The position numbers and the translations under genes were made by a program. DNA of 64,000 nucleotides from Entomortierella parvispora E1425. Lineage: Eukaryota > Fungi > Mortierellomycota. The notes beneath the pieces were generated by a model. The model was given only the letters and a program-made list of their open reading frames with translations. It made no database searches and was not told where the DNA came from. The stretch is from positions 1,364,001 to 1,428,000 of the forward strand of contig BQFW01000004.1 in NCBI GenBank assembly GCA_020891255.1. Direction: 5' to 3'. Shown piece by piece: positions 51,587 to 63,600 of the stretch (its first letter is position 1; the number at the start of each line of letters is the position of its first letter).

Positions 51587-52446
51587 ATGTCGGTAACAAG
51601 GCACCAGGTTCTCGGCGCTTACAGAAACCTTCTCAGGGCCCAGAAGCAGACCTTCAAGGGTACGGAACACACTCTTCGGTGCATGCCGCCGAGAATTCGA
51701 CTCGACTTTCATTCTCGCCATTCATTTCACCGAGGCATAAACGTGCATGCCAATGGAAATATTTGCTATGATACTAAACCTCCTTTCCTCCACCTCTAGG
51801 TGACTGGAACACTTTGGCTGGTACGAACGACCCACTCTGTGCTTCATGAGCTGGCTTAATAGATCGATCCTACACCAACAACGATATATATGACTGCAAG
51901 GATCCTGGAGCTATTCAGGCAGACTAGACTGGACAAAACAGCCAGGATATACTACACCGCACTGGCCATACTGATAGGGCTTGAAAGCGGCACTCAGTCG
52001 TGGTTTGTTTCTTACATGATCGGCAAACTACACCCTGGATCGAATTCAATCATGGATTCAATCATGGATAGAGCGAGAAAGACACCTGTTTTTTTTCTTA
52101 TTTTGTCATTCTCATATCTTTCTTGTTCCTTTTCGAAACAGCTGCTCGCCAAAAGACGTACACCGAGTTTGACTCTAAGCGTAACGAGACTGACGAGACA
52201 AAGATCAAGGAGCAGCTCGAACTCGCCAGCCAGGTCGCCTCCCTTCTTCGCCATAACCTCGCCCAGGCTGTTCAGACTGACAAGCCCGACGTCTTCTCCT
52301 TGAAATTGACCCCAGAGCACGAGCTTGGAGACAATGAGACCCTCAGACAAGCCTCAAAACTTCGTCGGCTCCGTAATGCCGAGAAGGGGGGAGATGCCAA
52401 GTCCTCTGGTGGTGGATGCGGCAGCCCTTCTTGCTGTTCGCATTAA
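51587..52446 (+). CDS. MZM1: Mitochondrial zinc maintenance protein Mzm1 (LYRM7), 132 aa
   Basis: join(51587..51659, 51800..51820, 52142..52446). LYR-type LGAYRNLLRAQKQTFKGD; LLRHNLAQAV; HELGDNE. Confidence 0.88.
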
Positions 52447-52537
52447 AGGATACCTATGTACCAAATGATAACCCTTCATAGACTCCATCTCCTCAGTTGC
52501 ATAGAGCAAACATAAATTTGAAATTGTCCTCTTTATT

Positions 52538-54270
52538 TTAGTGTCGGCCCCCTTTTGAAAAATCATGCAAGGCATCCACCCCAATAGCGTTCGGATCTGG
52601 CTCCCAAAATGCCTACAGAGAATAGAAAAGGTGCTAAGTGTTTAGTACGCTGATTCTAGTCCATTTCAAAATGGCAAGACTATGCAACTTACCAGCTCCG
52701 TTGAACCACTGACCATCATCAAGTACTTTGGATTAAATGCAACAATATGACTTGGAGTTCCATGTGCCTTTAGAACTTTGAATGGTTTCAGCTCTCCATT
52801 GGCGCTTAGCAAACTCGTGCTGCTTCCATTATTGTTGGCACCACCATTCAAGTAGCTGGAGCCCATGCCTTGAGGATTGTTAATATAGGCCTGCTGGTCT
52901 GCAATGGCCTTTGCAATATCCCAGACGTAAACGCCGCCATCCTTAGAACCCGAGACAATATATTTGCCGTCTGGTGTCCATGAAGCTTCTCCGCCACTTT
53001 GGAAGGGCTCGTTGGTATAGCTGTAGTGACCAATGAGCCGGAATCGAGTGGTAGCATCATAGGCATCAACCACATAGTGCGCTTCCGATGCTGTCGTAAC
53101 CAAGAGGTTCTTTCCATCTGTACTAAATTCAAGCTGTGTTGCCACGATCGTTTCCTTCTTGATTCCAAGGTTCGAGCCAATTTCCGCAACTTTGAATGGT
53201 CCCTAATGGCGAAACAAAAGAAAACAAAAGTGGGTGACGAGTTAATAAACATTGCTTGCCAGATTAAGCACATGGCATAAACACTTCAATGCAAGCCTTT
53301 TGTTCCGTGTAGACTCATACCCGATCGAACGCCTTGACGTCATAAAGCCTCAGGGTAAAGCCCAAAGCAACAGCAAAGACCATTCCACTGGGATCAAATG
53401 CCATGGCTGGTCTACCGACAATTGATACTGCGCCTTGGCAGTTAGGACTACGAAGGTCCCACAGTCTGATCGAGTCCTCACTGCCTGCCAAAAAAGTGTC
53501 ATCCGATGGTGACATCTCCAGTGCTACAACCCTGAGTAAGCAGAAGGAAATATGACTGTATCAGCACCGCGGATCAAATTCTTTCACAGCGACAGTAAAA
53601 ATGTTGCCATCTCCTTACTTCTTCTCATGTCCCCTAAAATATCGAATGTATTTGTTATCATGCAACGACAGGTATCGTAGAGTATCTATAGTGAAAGCAA
53701 GTCGCTGCTGAGTTAAATGGTGTCCTTTTTTTGCAATCGTGGTGGGGTCCTCCATGACAGTATGTTTTCTTCAAGATTTTACCATCCTCCTTTGTAGATG
53801 CGTAGACGACATTGGTGGATCGGTGGGTGAATCGAGCGAGATGAACACCATATTTTTTACTGAACAGAGTCTTGTCCAATCTAATAATATTCAGTGAAAG
53901 AAACAGAGTGTGTGAGTTTCTGTTTCTAGGGTGTAGCGCAGTCAACTGTTGCTTTGCCGCGGTTTTTGAAATAATAGCCTCCCTCGAGCATCTCAGGTCC
54001 TCCAGAAACAAAGGATAGAAAGCAAGGGCCGTACTTTCCAGTTATACAGTCATAGACATGCAGGCTCTCGTCCTGTGCTGATGTTACGCATTTCGTCCCC
54101 GAGTCATCGAAATCGAGCGATGTAATGATTTGAGTGTTATCCTTGAAAATCTTTGAGACTTTGAGAGAGCCAAGTAAAGCTGGGGTCAAGACCACGGGTG
54201 CAGGTGCAGATGCAATTGGGGTTTGCTGTAATGGATTGCCGCTGTTGTACGGTCCTTCTGAGAAAGACAT
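52538..54270 (-). CDS. SWD2: WD40 protein Swd2/WDR82 (COMPASS/CPF subunit)
   Basis: Motifs [75 protein letters not shown]. Confidence 0.93.
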
Positions 54271-54514
54271 GGCCGGTCAGGGCAAAAACGACAAAATTAA
54301 TGGGCTGCTTGGGTGATAGCTTTCCCGTGCAAATGTCTTCTAGTGTCGATGATGGCGGCTCCTTGTGCTCGCTCCTGATCGTTGGAGAAGGATTGTCCTA
54401 TGGTCCTTTGATGAAAGCCGTCGAAGGACGATCAAAAACGAGGCTCAAAAACCGAACGCGCAAGCACGTGACTATAAGTTGGTGGCAAAAACATAAAAAA
54501 GGTATAAAACCTTT

Positions 54515-55303
54515 TCGTAGATCTCCTCCTTGGAGTTCATGACAAATGTGCCGTGCTGAACAATGGGTTCACGAAGAGCAATCAGCACAAAGTGTGCCCC
54601 CTCGTCCTTGGTCGTGATCTTGACAGTCCCTGCAACGTCTTCTGAGAATGTGAGAGTATGATACGCCTCACCTTTGAAGGCGTTGTCACCGACAAAGATT
54701 GTGCCCCTGAGTGTGTAAATGAATCCTGTGAAAGACGCAGGGATAGTTTGGAACACGGTCTTATTCTTATCCATCTTGATGTCCAGGTACATGGTTGGTG
54801 TGCGAGTGCAGACCTGACTCGAGACACCGTGCGACTGTCCAGCAATGACCCTGATCTCAACACCTTCGGGCCGTGCCCTCTTGACTTCTTTATCGAGGAG
54901 CTCTTGGTAGGGTGGTTCACATATCTTGTGCTCCTTTTGGCAAGTTGATCCAAAGCTGGAGTCCATGGGCTCACGCTTGTGACGTGACAGGCATCTCGGA
55001 ATGAACAATACCACGCCCGGCTGTCATCCACTGCAAGTCTCCAGGTCCAATGGTGCCTTTGTGGACTGCAAAAGTCTTCGTGTTGGAACTGACCTTCGAG
55101 CATATAGGTCTCAGTCCCAAAGCCGCGATGGGGGTGATTGGGAAAGCCGCCGTTTTTGTCGACATTGAACTCGTCCAGCATCAGGAAGGGATCGTGGTTT
55201 CGAAGTTCGGGTCTGCCAATGGATCGATGAGCGCGTGCACCGACACCTCCTCCTTAGCACTAGAGAGAACGGCTCGGGTAATAGATCTTGAGGAGGCAGT
55301 CAT
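54515..55303 (-). pseudogene. Pirin pseudogene, inverted paralogous copy of 7960-8832 (homology extends into the 5' UTR to ~55422; 3'-truncated)
   Basis: Near codon-by-codon match to the pirin gene. Lesions: 1-nt deletion near codon 18, 1-nt insertions (GACTTTTGC, CCAAAAGG), AGA>TGA nonsense, 3- and 9-nt deletions, and loss of the last ~24 codons. Confidence 0.95.
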
Positions 55304-55819
55304 ATTGAGAGTGATGTTGTGGTGATGTGGGGTTGCTGGTTCGGAAAAGTATAAGGATAAGAGGGTAGCTGCTAGTTTAGGAGTCTTGTGTAGGGTTGAG
55401 AATTTGATGTTGCTATTGCTGCGGTTGCCGTTTGTTTGCAAGACACTTCCCTTTCTCAAAAGAGACTTAACGAGAGACATGTTTTAAGACTTTTTGAATG
55501 GACCACCCTGAATATTAGCAGGATAGTATGATGCGCTCGGCAACGCTTCACCAAGTGGGTTCAGCAGTGCGTGCCGGTCAGCACACACCTACTGATTTAA
55601 TTGGGCTGGAAATTTGGGCTAAGCCCAAAAAGAGGGTAAGCTTTCATGCAACAGCATGCATCTAGTTTGGTGGCAAAGTATCTAGTCACCACCATTCATT
55701 GCCTTTCGCATTCATTCTCTCCGCAGCCTTAATTCCGTTAATTCACTACCATCATACATCGCCACTTACTCCAACCAACCGCGTACTTTCCCTTACCTTT
55801 CGTCCTTCTGCTCCTCACC

Positions 55820-56352
55820 ATAAGGTGCCAGGCGCTTTGGAGCCTTCTACACAAAAAGAAGCATATTCCTGATATATGTTACCCCAGCAACCAATCCGTC
55901 ACTATCGGAGACAACGGAGGCAGATTCAGATTCAACATTCAGGGTAGGATTTTAGCAACAATCCGATACGCGTACTCCCGTCACGACGACCTAGCTCAAG
56001 CGCATTCAGTCGTACTCAGATGTATTGAGCAACTTGCCCGATTGCCCTCGCAGACCGTATTGTATCTGGATGGGCACCCGCAGATGAAAAGCTTTTCACT
56101 CATGAGAAGCGAGACAAGTCTCAAAAAAAGGCTCTCAGAGAGGCCCACGACATGGTGCTGGGGTTTGCAGGGCGTGTTGAGTCTGGCCAGCGGATGCGAA
56201 AACAGGACTTCATCGCTATCAAAAAGAAACTGAGCAGAGCCTTTGCATGGGATCTACAGAAGCGAAAAAGCCTTGCCAATTTCCTAAGAAACAAGGGTTG
56301 GGAGGTCATCGAGTGCGAGACAGAAGCTGATGCCAGGATTGCCAATGATTAG
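55820..56352 (+). pseudogene. Relic of an XPG/FEN1-like PIN-domain 5' nuclease gene (possibly TE-borne)
   Basis: Translation I(ATA)RCQALWSLL...RFRFNIQG...TVLYLDGH, then a -1 shift at ~56079, then ADEKLFTHEKR...GWEVIECETEADARIAND*. This matches the order of the MGxxGLWxLL, D, hhDG..K...R and EAD motifs. Confidence 0.7.
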
Positions 56353-56429
56353 CCGGCCTCCTTTCTTCGAGGCAAAGAGATGACTTTCTTGATTCTTCGA
56401 GTTGATTGGCCCTTCTTTCAGAAAAAAGC

Positions 56430-57500
56430 AGATTTTCAGAGAGAATCAAAAAGTGATTCTCTTGGGCACACAAAAAAGGAGGGCGGCTATTGTCAAATGG
56501 TTACATCGACAAGGCATTAATATCTGGACATTCATGGTATGTATAATGCTCTCTAGTCACCTTCATCTGATTTCGGATGCAATACATGCCCATCCCTAAC
56601 TAAGCTTTCGTTCACTTTAATAGGATATTCTGCTCAGCTGAACTGTCTCTGGGAGCATGAGTCAGTGCATGTGTGTGGCAAGGCATTAGGTTCATGGATG
56701 AAACGTTTCTCGCGGCCTTGAGGGTACTCAGCGATGTACTGACTTTGACTGTTTATATCATATATCATCTCAGGCGCCGCTTCCCAAGTTCAAAAGAATC
56801 ACACACAGCCCAAAATGTCGACTAAACCACTGAGTATCTCCTTTCGCAACCAAAGCGGCGCGTTATCTTTCAAAGTAAGTGGGACAATAGGCTCAATTGG
56901 GCTTTGATAGCATGGATTAATTTTCATAACGCCCCTCTCTAGACACCTTTGGCCCAACATCACGCCCATGCCCAGACACATCGCGCCCATACCAAGACGC
57001 CTCTGGCCCAACATCGTGCTCATATTCAGACGCCTCTGGTCCTACATCCCGCTCATCTTCAGAACTCTGTAGCGCCTCTTGGCCATGTGCAATTTAGAAA
57101 GTCAACTGAGCCCCGGAGAACGATCCCCCCGCACAGGGCAATGAAAATCGAACGTTTTATTCCCCGAAGAGGACTCGTCCTAGCTCCGTGACCACTCCCA
57201 TATCGAAAATAGCACTTGAACTTTTGATGCACTATGGACTGACCTTGAAATAAACTCAGTTCATCAACCAAAATTTTCCTTTCAGTCATCTTACAACAAC
57301 GTTCCTCTCAAGATTGTACCTGTTCGTACGCACCTCCATGGCAGTCAATAGATACCCTCTCTTGCTTTGTCAGAAGCTTTCCTTTCGCTATTTTGACTTA
57401 AGCAACATACTGCCGTTGCACGCCTACTTTATTCAGTCTGGACAAGGAGGCATGACAAAGAGTACGACAAGAGTAACGACGAGGAGGCGGTAAGGAACAT
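56430..57500 (+). pseudogene. Degraded intron-containing coding remnant of unknown family
   Basis: GTATGT...TAATAG, GTACTC...CTCAG, GTAAGT...CTAG and GTAAGG intron-like signals separate protein-like stretches that carry stops and shifts. Confidence 0.35.
56941..57060 (+). repeat. Degenerate 33-nt tandem repeat (33/21/33/33; DASGPTS-like units)
   Basis: Units begin agac(a/g)cct(t/c)tgg(c/t)cc(a/t)acatc. Confidence 0.8.
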
Positions 57501-57606
57501 GGCTCAATCAGAACAAGTACCAGCTCTAAGGCTAACAGCTCTTCTTTCTTTCCCCCCTATTGTACACTTGTTTATGCTATTTATTGGGATATAGACTCTC
57601 GGAGCC

Positions 57607-60600
57607 TTAGTGCTGCTTTCGGGCGTTTTCTATCTCGTCAATCATTTGCTCGTATTCCTTGAGTCGCGACGGGCTTCTGTCGTTAAGAGAGTGTGTATCA
57701 ACGACATGGTTCGATGGATGGTGGTTCCCGTTTCGGGCACTGCCATTGGGTACAGGCGAAGAAGTGGCAGTGGGGCGGGGATGAAGATGTGCTAGAAAAC
57801 TGTGGTGTTCATCTTCACTATCCTCGTCCTCTCCATAATCCAGGCCTCCGTAAGGGTTGCTGTTCTGGTACGTGTTTGTTTTCATGTTGCCGGGGCTGAT
57901 AGTGTTGGACAGAGGTGCCGCGTATCCGTTGACTTTAGGTCGATTTCCGTTCCCATGCATGCCTCCTTGTTTGCCTGGGACGGACGATGAAGCCAGCGAC
58001 GAGACAGAAGTCATACTGCTCGTATGGCTGTTTCCGCCAGTGTGCCCAACCGTGTTTTTGTTCCATGGGACTTTGAGCATCTCGAGCTCTCGCGTAATAG
58101 AGTCAACGGAGTCACGGTACGCGCGAGATTTGGGATTGTTGTCATCCTCGTCATCGTCCGAATAGTAGTAGTTGCCGTGGGTATGTCCATTTTGATACTG
58201 AAGTCCGTTTCCAGTGGGTTGCGAGTTCAAAGGGACATGATGCTGGGGATAGAGATCATCTCCTTCGTCATCCTCGTCCACATGGTCAAAGCTGTGGTGG
58301 GGGCTGCTGGCTTTTTTGGAAACACTCTGGGCTCCAGGACTTGCGCCCAGGTACCGCCCACTGGCAGAGCTTGAATGACCATTCTGCGTTTTCGGAGCCA
58401 AGGTGGTCTGTAGAGTGGCAGTAGGGCTGTTGTGCATGTCTTCCAGCAGCAAAGTAACCTTCTTTTCCGAGTCCACCAATCTAGCCTCTAGGACAGAATT
58501 GTCTCCCTCCAAGATCTGAATCGTCTCTTGAGCTTGCCTCAATCGAGCTTCCAAACTCTTGAAGGCTGCGTTATTCGAGGAAGCAGATACATTCGATGTT
58601 TGGGTGTGAAGTGCTTGCTCAAGTTGTGACTCCAAATCCTGGTTCAAACGGAACGCCTTTTCAAGTTCGCGGTGCTTCGTCTGAACGCTCTCTCGGTCCT
58701 TGGCGAGATCCTTCTTCAATCGGTCAACCTCCTGTAGCAGGCTCGCCTCCTTCTCCTTGAGCTGCCTCTGTAGTCCGTCACGCTGTTCCTGCATAGATTC
58801 TACCTCTTCGGACAAGACTTCGTTCAATTGTCCAAGTTCCTGCATTCTTTCTGTCATCGACATGACTTTTTGACCGAGCTCTGTTGCGTGCAGTTCGGAC
58901 TCCATCAGCGAGTTTTGCAGTTCGTTCATTTGTCGACCCATTTCCTGTCGTTCCTCCTCACGGGCATGTCCAAGATCTCGCTCGTCTCCACAGAGCTTGT
59001 GCGCTTCTTGAAGGATCTTGAGTTCGTTTTCAATGGCTTCCTTTTCTTTCGTCGTCATTGTCAGGTCGTTCTTGAGTTTCCTCAAGAGGTGGCTGGTCTT
59101 TTCCGAATGCTGAACTGTTACCTGTCGTTGAACCTCAAAGGACTCCAGCTGACTTGTGAAATGAACTCTTGTCTGCTCTAGCTCCTTGGACAACGAGCGC
59201 GATCTCTCTTCAGCTTCGCGCACGCGACTCTCCAGCGTTGCTGTATAGTCGTCACTTCCACGGATTGCTGCCTGGAGCATGATGTCTTCAGCCAGCAATC
59301 CCTTTTCCCTCATGACATCCTTCAACAAACCTAGTTGAACTTCCTGGGCCTCCAACTCCTTGATCTTGTTCTCGCTCTCTTGCTCAGCATGCTGAAGTTC
59401 GGTCTGAAGTTGGGCATTTCCTTGTTGTTCTTCTGCTAGGAGCTTTTGCAACAAGATACACTCTGATCGAGCCTGCATCGAGCTTTGCTCTAGCTGAGAA
59501 AGCTCAATCATGACCTTGGCCAAGTCCTCGGCGGATCGGGACGCAGTAGCCTGCGTTGACTTGAGCAGGACCCTAAGTGAGCTTAGCTCATGTTCCAGCT
59601 CAGAGACTTTGGAAACGTTGGTCATGATGGCGATGCTATCGTGCTTCCGCTCAGGTGAAGGCTGAGACTTTCCGCGGGGATTAAAGGCGCCCAATCCATC
59701 CTCCACCAGCTTCCGGAGTGTAATAACCTCGTCCTTTGAAATCTGCCAGCGACTCTCCAGCTCATCCACCTTGGACTGCAGTCGCTCTGTTTCGCCTTTG
59801 GAACGCAAGAGTTCGCTCGATAGCTCTGTTCTGGCATTTTCCAGTCTTTCGAGTTTGTCTGAAGTTTCGTCGCAGAGAGATTCAGATCGCATCGCTCGTT
59901 CATTGGCAGCCGAGTACGCCATCTGAGTTCGCTCCAAAGCCATCTGATGATCCTCCAATTGCTGTTTCAAGTCCTCAATTTTTTCTGACATGCCCGTGGA
60001 CTGGGATTGGTGTCCAGAATAACCGGCCTGAGTCTCTGCGAGGAGCGTGGCACTTTCTCTTGCCTCCGCTTCTGCCTTGGCCGCACGATTGTGAAGCGAC
60101 GCAAGCTCAGCCAAAGCCCTCGTGTGCGCTGTCTGTGCCTGTTCTGCAAGAATGGAAGAACCGTTTGACCGTTCTTCTGCCAGGATACGCGCTTGCTTCT
60201 CCCGATGTAGATTTTCCTGAGCGCTCGCATATTGAGTTTCCACATGTTCCAGTTCTCCAAGAGCTACAGTCAATCGTTTTTCCAAGTCGGCTGCTCGATC
60301 CATTTCTACTCGTGCCAGGGCTCCAGGATCTTGCTGTGCATTGGACATGGATGACAGCTTGGCTTTCAAGTACGCCGCTTCCTGCAAGGCACCCGTACGA
60401 ACCCTCTCAGCTTCTTTGATTTTGAACGTGGCTGCCTGAGCTTGCATCACAATAGACACCTGGTTTAATATGGAAAATAAAAATAAAGACAAAAATCAAG
60501 AATTAGATAGTCGTCTTTGCAGTCTTGCATGTATTAGCTTTCACCACTTTGATATAACTCACCTTTGCATGTCGAAGCTCCTCCTTGATTTTAAGTAGGG

Positions 60601-63600
60601 CCTTTGTCATCTGGAACTGCAATCCTTCAGTAGGTTGCAGCTCCAGTTCCTTTTCCAAATCCGCCATAGACTGTCTTTTCTCTGCCATTGTTGTGGATGA
60701 GCCCTGGTCGCTGACCAGCGATGCAATGCTACCTTTCCGACCTCCTCCCGTCCGTTCACCTTGCCGTGCGATCAAAACCTCTGTTACCAGCCAGTTCTCT
60801 CTCCTCCGCATGGCTTGCAGTTCCTCGTCCCGCTCTTGCAGTTGCCGTTGAAGTTTGGAATAACTCTCCTGTACCTCCTCGACTTTACTTTCCAGAGCCA
60901 CCATTTTAGAATGACTGACTGATGAAGTGTCAGCCGAGGATGTCTCCTGTTGGTATTGTTGCTGCGGGAACGAGGCCGTTGAGGTGAGGTGAGGTGGGGT
61001 CCCTGTTGGCGGATTCGTAGGTGTGATACGGCCTGAAGGGGGATTGGTAGGGGTGGCACGACCTGTTGCCCTTGGCGTTCCTGGAGAAGGGGATCGACTT
61101 GTATCGTTATAAACAGCGGGGCCAGATTTTGCCGATTTTGGGGGAAGGGGAGGTAATCCAGCTGAATTGGCCGCTTTCCTGTCGACTCCGGCAGAAGCGG
61201 GCAATACAATGGAGGCAGAGACAGGTGGTGAAGGAGTTGTTGGTGGTGGGGGCAAATTTTGAAGAGCTGGACTATTTGAGCCAGGTGGTCCCGTGCGAGG
61301 AGGTGGTGGGTACGCAGGTCCATTACCTCCATTGCGATGCGCCTGAGATTGTGTTTGCTGCTGTTGCCTGTATGCTGGGACGATAACCTCTGATGCATAT
61401 GGATCAAGGTCATAGTCCGCTTGACTGTTCAAGGTCCCATTGGCGTGTCGTAAGGACGGAGGTACAGTATCATCTGCATTGGAAAGTTTCCGATCCATGC
61501 CTTTCATCATTGTTGGACTCATTCGCCCCATATCTCCTGGTGACTGTTGCTGTTGCTGTTGTAACTGCATTGTCCTTCGGTTGGCGCCCTGACTACTATT
61601 AGGAGGAGGGGTTGCGGCAGAAATGGCGGTATGGGTCCCTGAGCCGGTCTGAAGAGTCCGTCTATGGCTGGCAATAATCTCGTCGTCCTGGGAATCTCGA
61701 GATCGCCTACTTCCATTTCCGGTCGCAAGACCCTGATGCACTCCGTTGCCCATATCCCGATATGGCGACCCTCCGTTTATGTTTGCAGCAGATCTCTGTC
61801 CAAGCTGCGGGTTTATGGAGTGAGTCGAGTGTGAGAGATTGAGCTTGGACGAGTTTGTACTACTTTGTCGATCCAAAGATGTAAAACTCGCCGGTGATCC
61901 TGGGCGTTGAGTTTGTCGTTCAGGACGAGCTGGTCTATCGGGTCTTTCCGGTCGATCTAACCGCCCTGGTGTTGATGAGGGATCGGATACCGTTTTGTTA
62001 GGCTCGGGCGGATTCGTCTGATCAGGAGTGACTTCTGTAGGACGAGAAGGAACCAGTTTTGCAGATGACACTTGGCGGGGAGGTCCAACTGGCATCTCGG
62101 GGAATTGAATAGTGGCTGAAATGTAGAAAAAACGACGAGTCGTGTTAGATGGCAAAAGAAAGGTCAAAAGAGAGAAACGAGAGGAGTGTCTCCATCGGTC
62201 AAAGAAACTTACACAGCTCTAGAGAGAACACCTGGTCGGCGTCATCCATGGCGTTCTCTTCAGACTCTCCACCTAGCACAAAGATTTTGTCTTTGATTGT
62301 GCACATGGTGTGTCCGCTTCGAGGTGAAGGGGTTGGTCCCTCGTTTTGAAATAAATACCATCGACGTTCTAAAGATAATTGACAGAGCGCATGAGTTTTT
62401 GTGGGTCATTGAGCCATCGAACACCTGGATATAGCCATATGCAATGCAAAACCCCCCTCGTTAGAAAGGTTTTCTACTTGCCATGAATTTTGAATGCATA
62501 CGCATCATTTAGCTCCGTGCCATCTGGACTGCTACCTCCAAAAATGTAGAGCACGCCCTCCACTAGAGTTGAAGAATGTCCGAAGCGGCCAGACGGTAGA
62601 TACCCCGAGGCTGGGATTGGTGTCCATGTCAACGCACGTGTATCAAAACACCAAATGTCGTTATAGAAGTAGTCGGCATCAGCACCGCCAAAAACATAGA
62701 TCTTGCCCTCATAAACTGACGCTGTATGTCCAGACCTTGCTGGAGGCGAGTCTGACTGTGGCTTAATGGATTCCCAATGAGGATTCTGCGTGACTAAAGT
62801 TTCAAAAAAAAAAGGAAGAGCAGTTAGAACGGATGCAAAGCAGACAAGAATAGAACCATGGTCCTCTGTAGTGGGAACATACTTGTTTTCATGTCGAACG
62901 ACATAATGTCACCGAAATAGTAGCTGTCGACCTGTCCTCCGAAAATGTACATTGTCGTCCCTACACTACATCCAGCGTGCGAGTGCCGAGGAGCTGGCAG
63001 GGTTCCTTGGATCATTGGCCGATTCCACTCTCTCCTGCTGGTATGTAATACATGCAGGCTGTCATCGCACTGGCCCGTGGTTGCATCCCAACCACCAAAA
63101 TCTTTTTTTCGCCAAATAAAGGTTGAGATGTTTGTCAGTCCCTGAACAAAGTCTGTGCGATTGTGAAACCATGGAGAAATGAAAAGCACGTAGATCAGAT
63201 CAAAAAAGGTCCCAACTTACAAATGACATATTGTCCAATGTTCACAGCAGTATGGCCGCTCTTTGGCATCGGTGGGTCTGCCCCAGCAGCAGACACCGCC
63301 TGGCATTGAAGGGACACTATTCAAGGGAAGAGGAATGAAGCGCTATAATTAGCCAATTATGCTTGCATGGACTCAAAAGTTTCCGAGATGGCCATGCTAT
63401 GGCTGCAGGGGTGAGCATTGGAAGACGTTCGAAACGACGGAATATGAATGGACAGGGAAGATGGGAAAATCTGGGGCAATATCTTTAGCACTGGTCTTGG
63501 ACTTGGTCCCAGACTTGCGTCCCGTTCTGGCCCTGGCATAAAGATCTTTTTACTGGCCCATAAGTACGCACCCTCGCCTTTGCAACTCCTGTAGATCATT

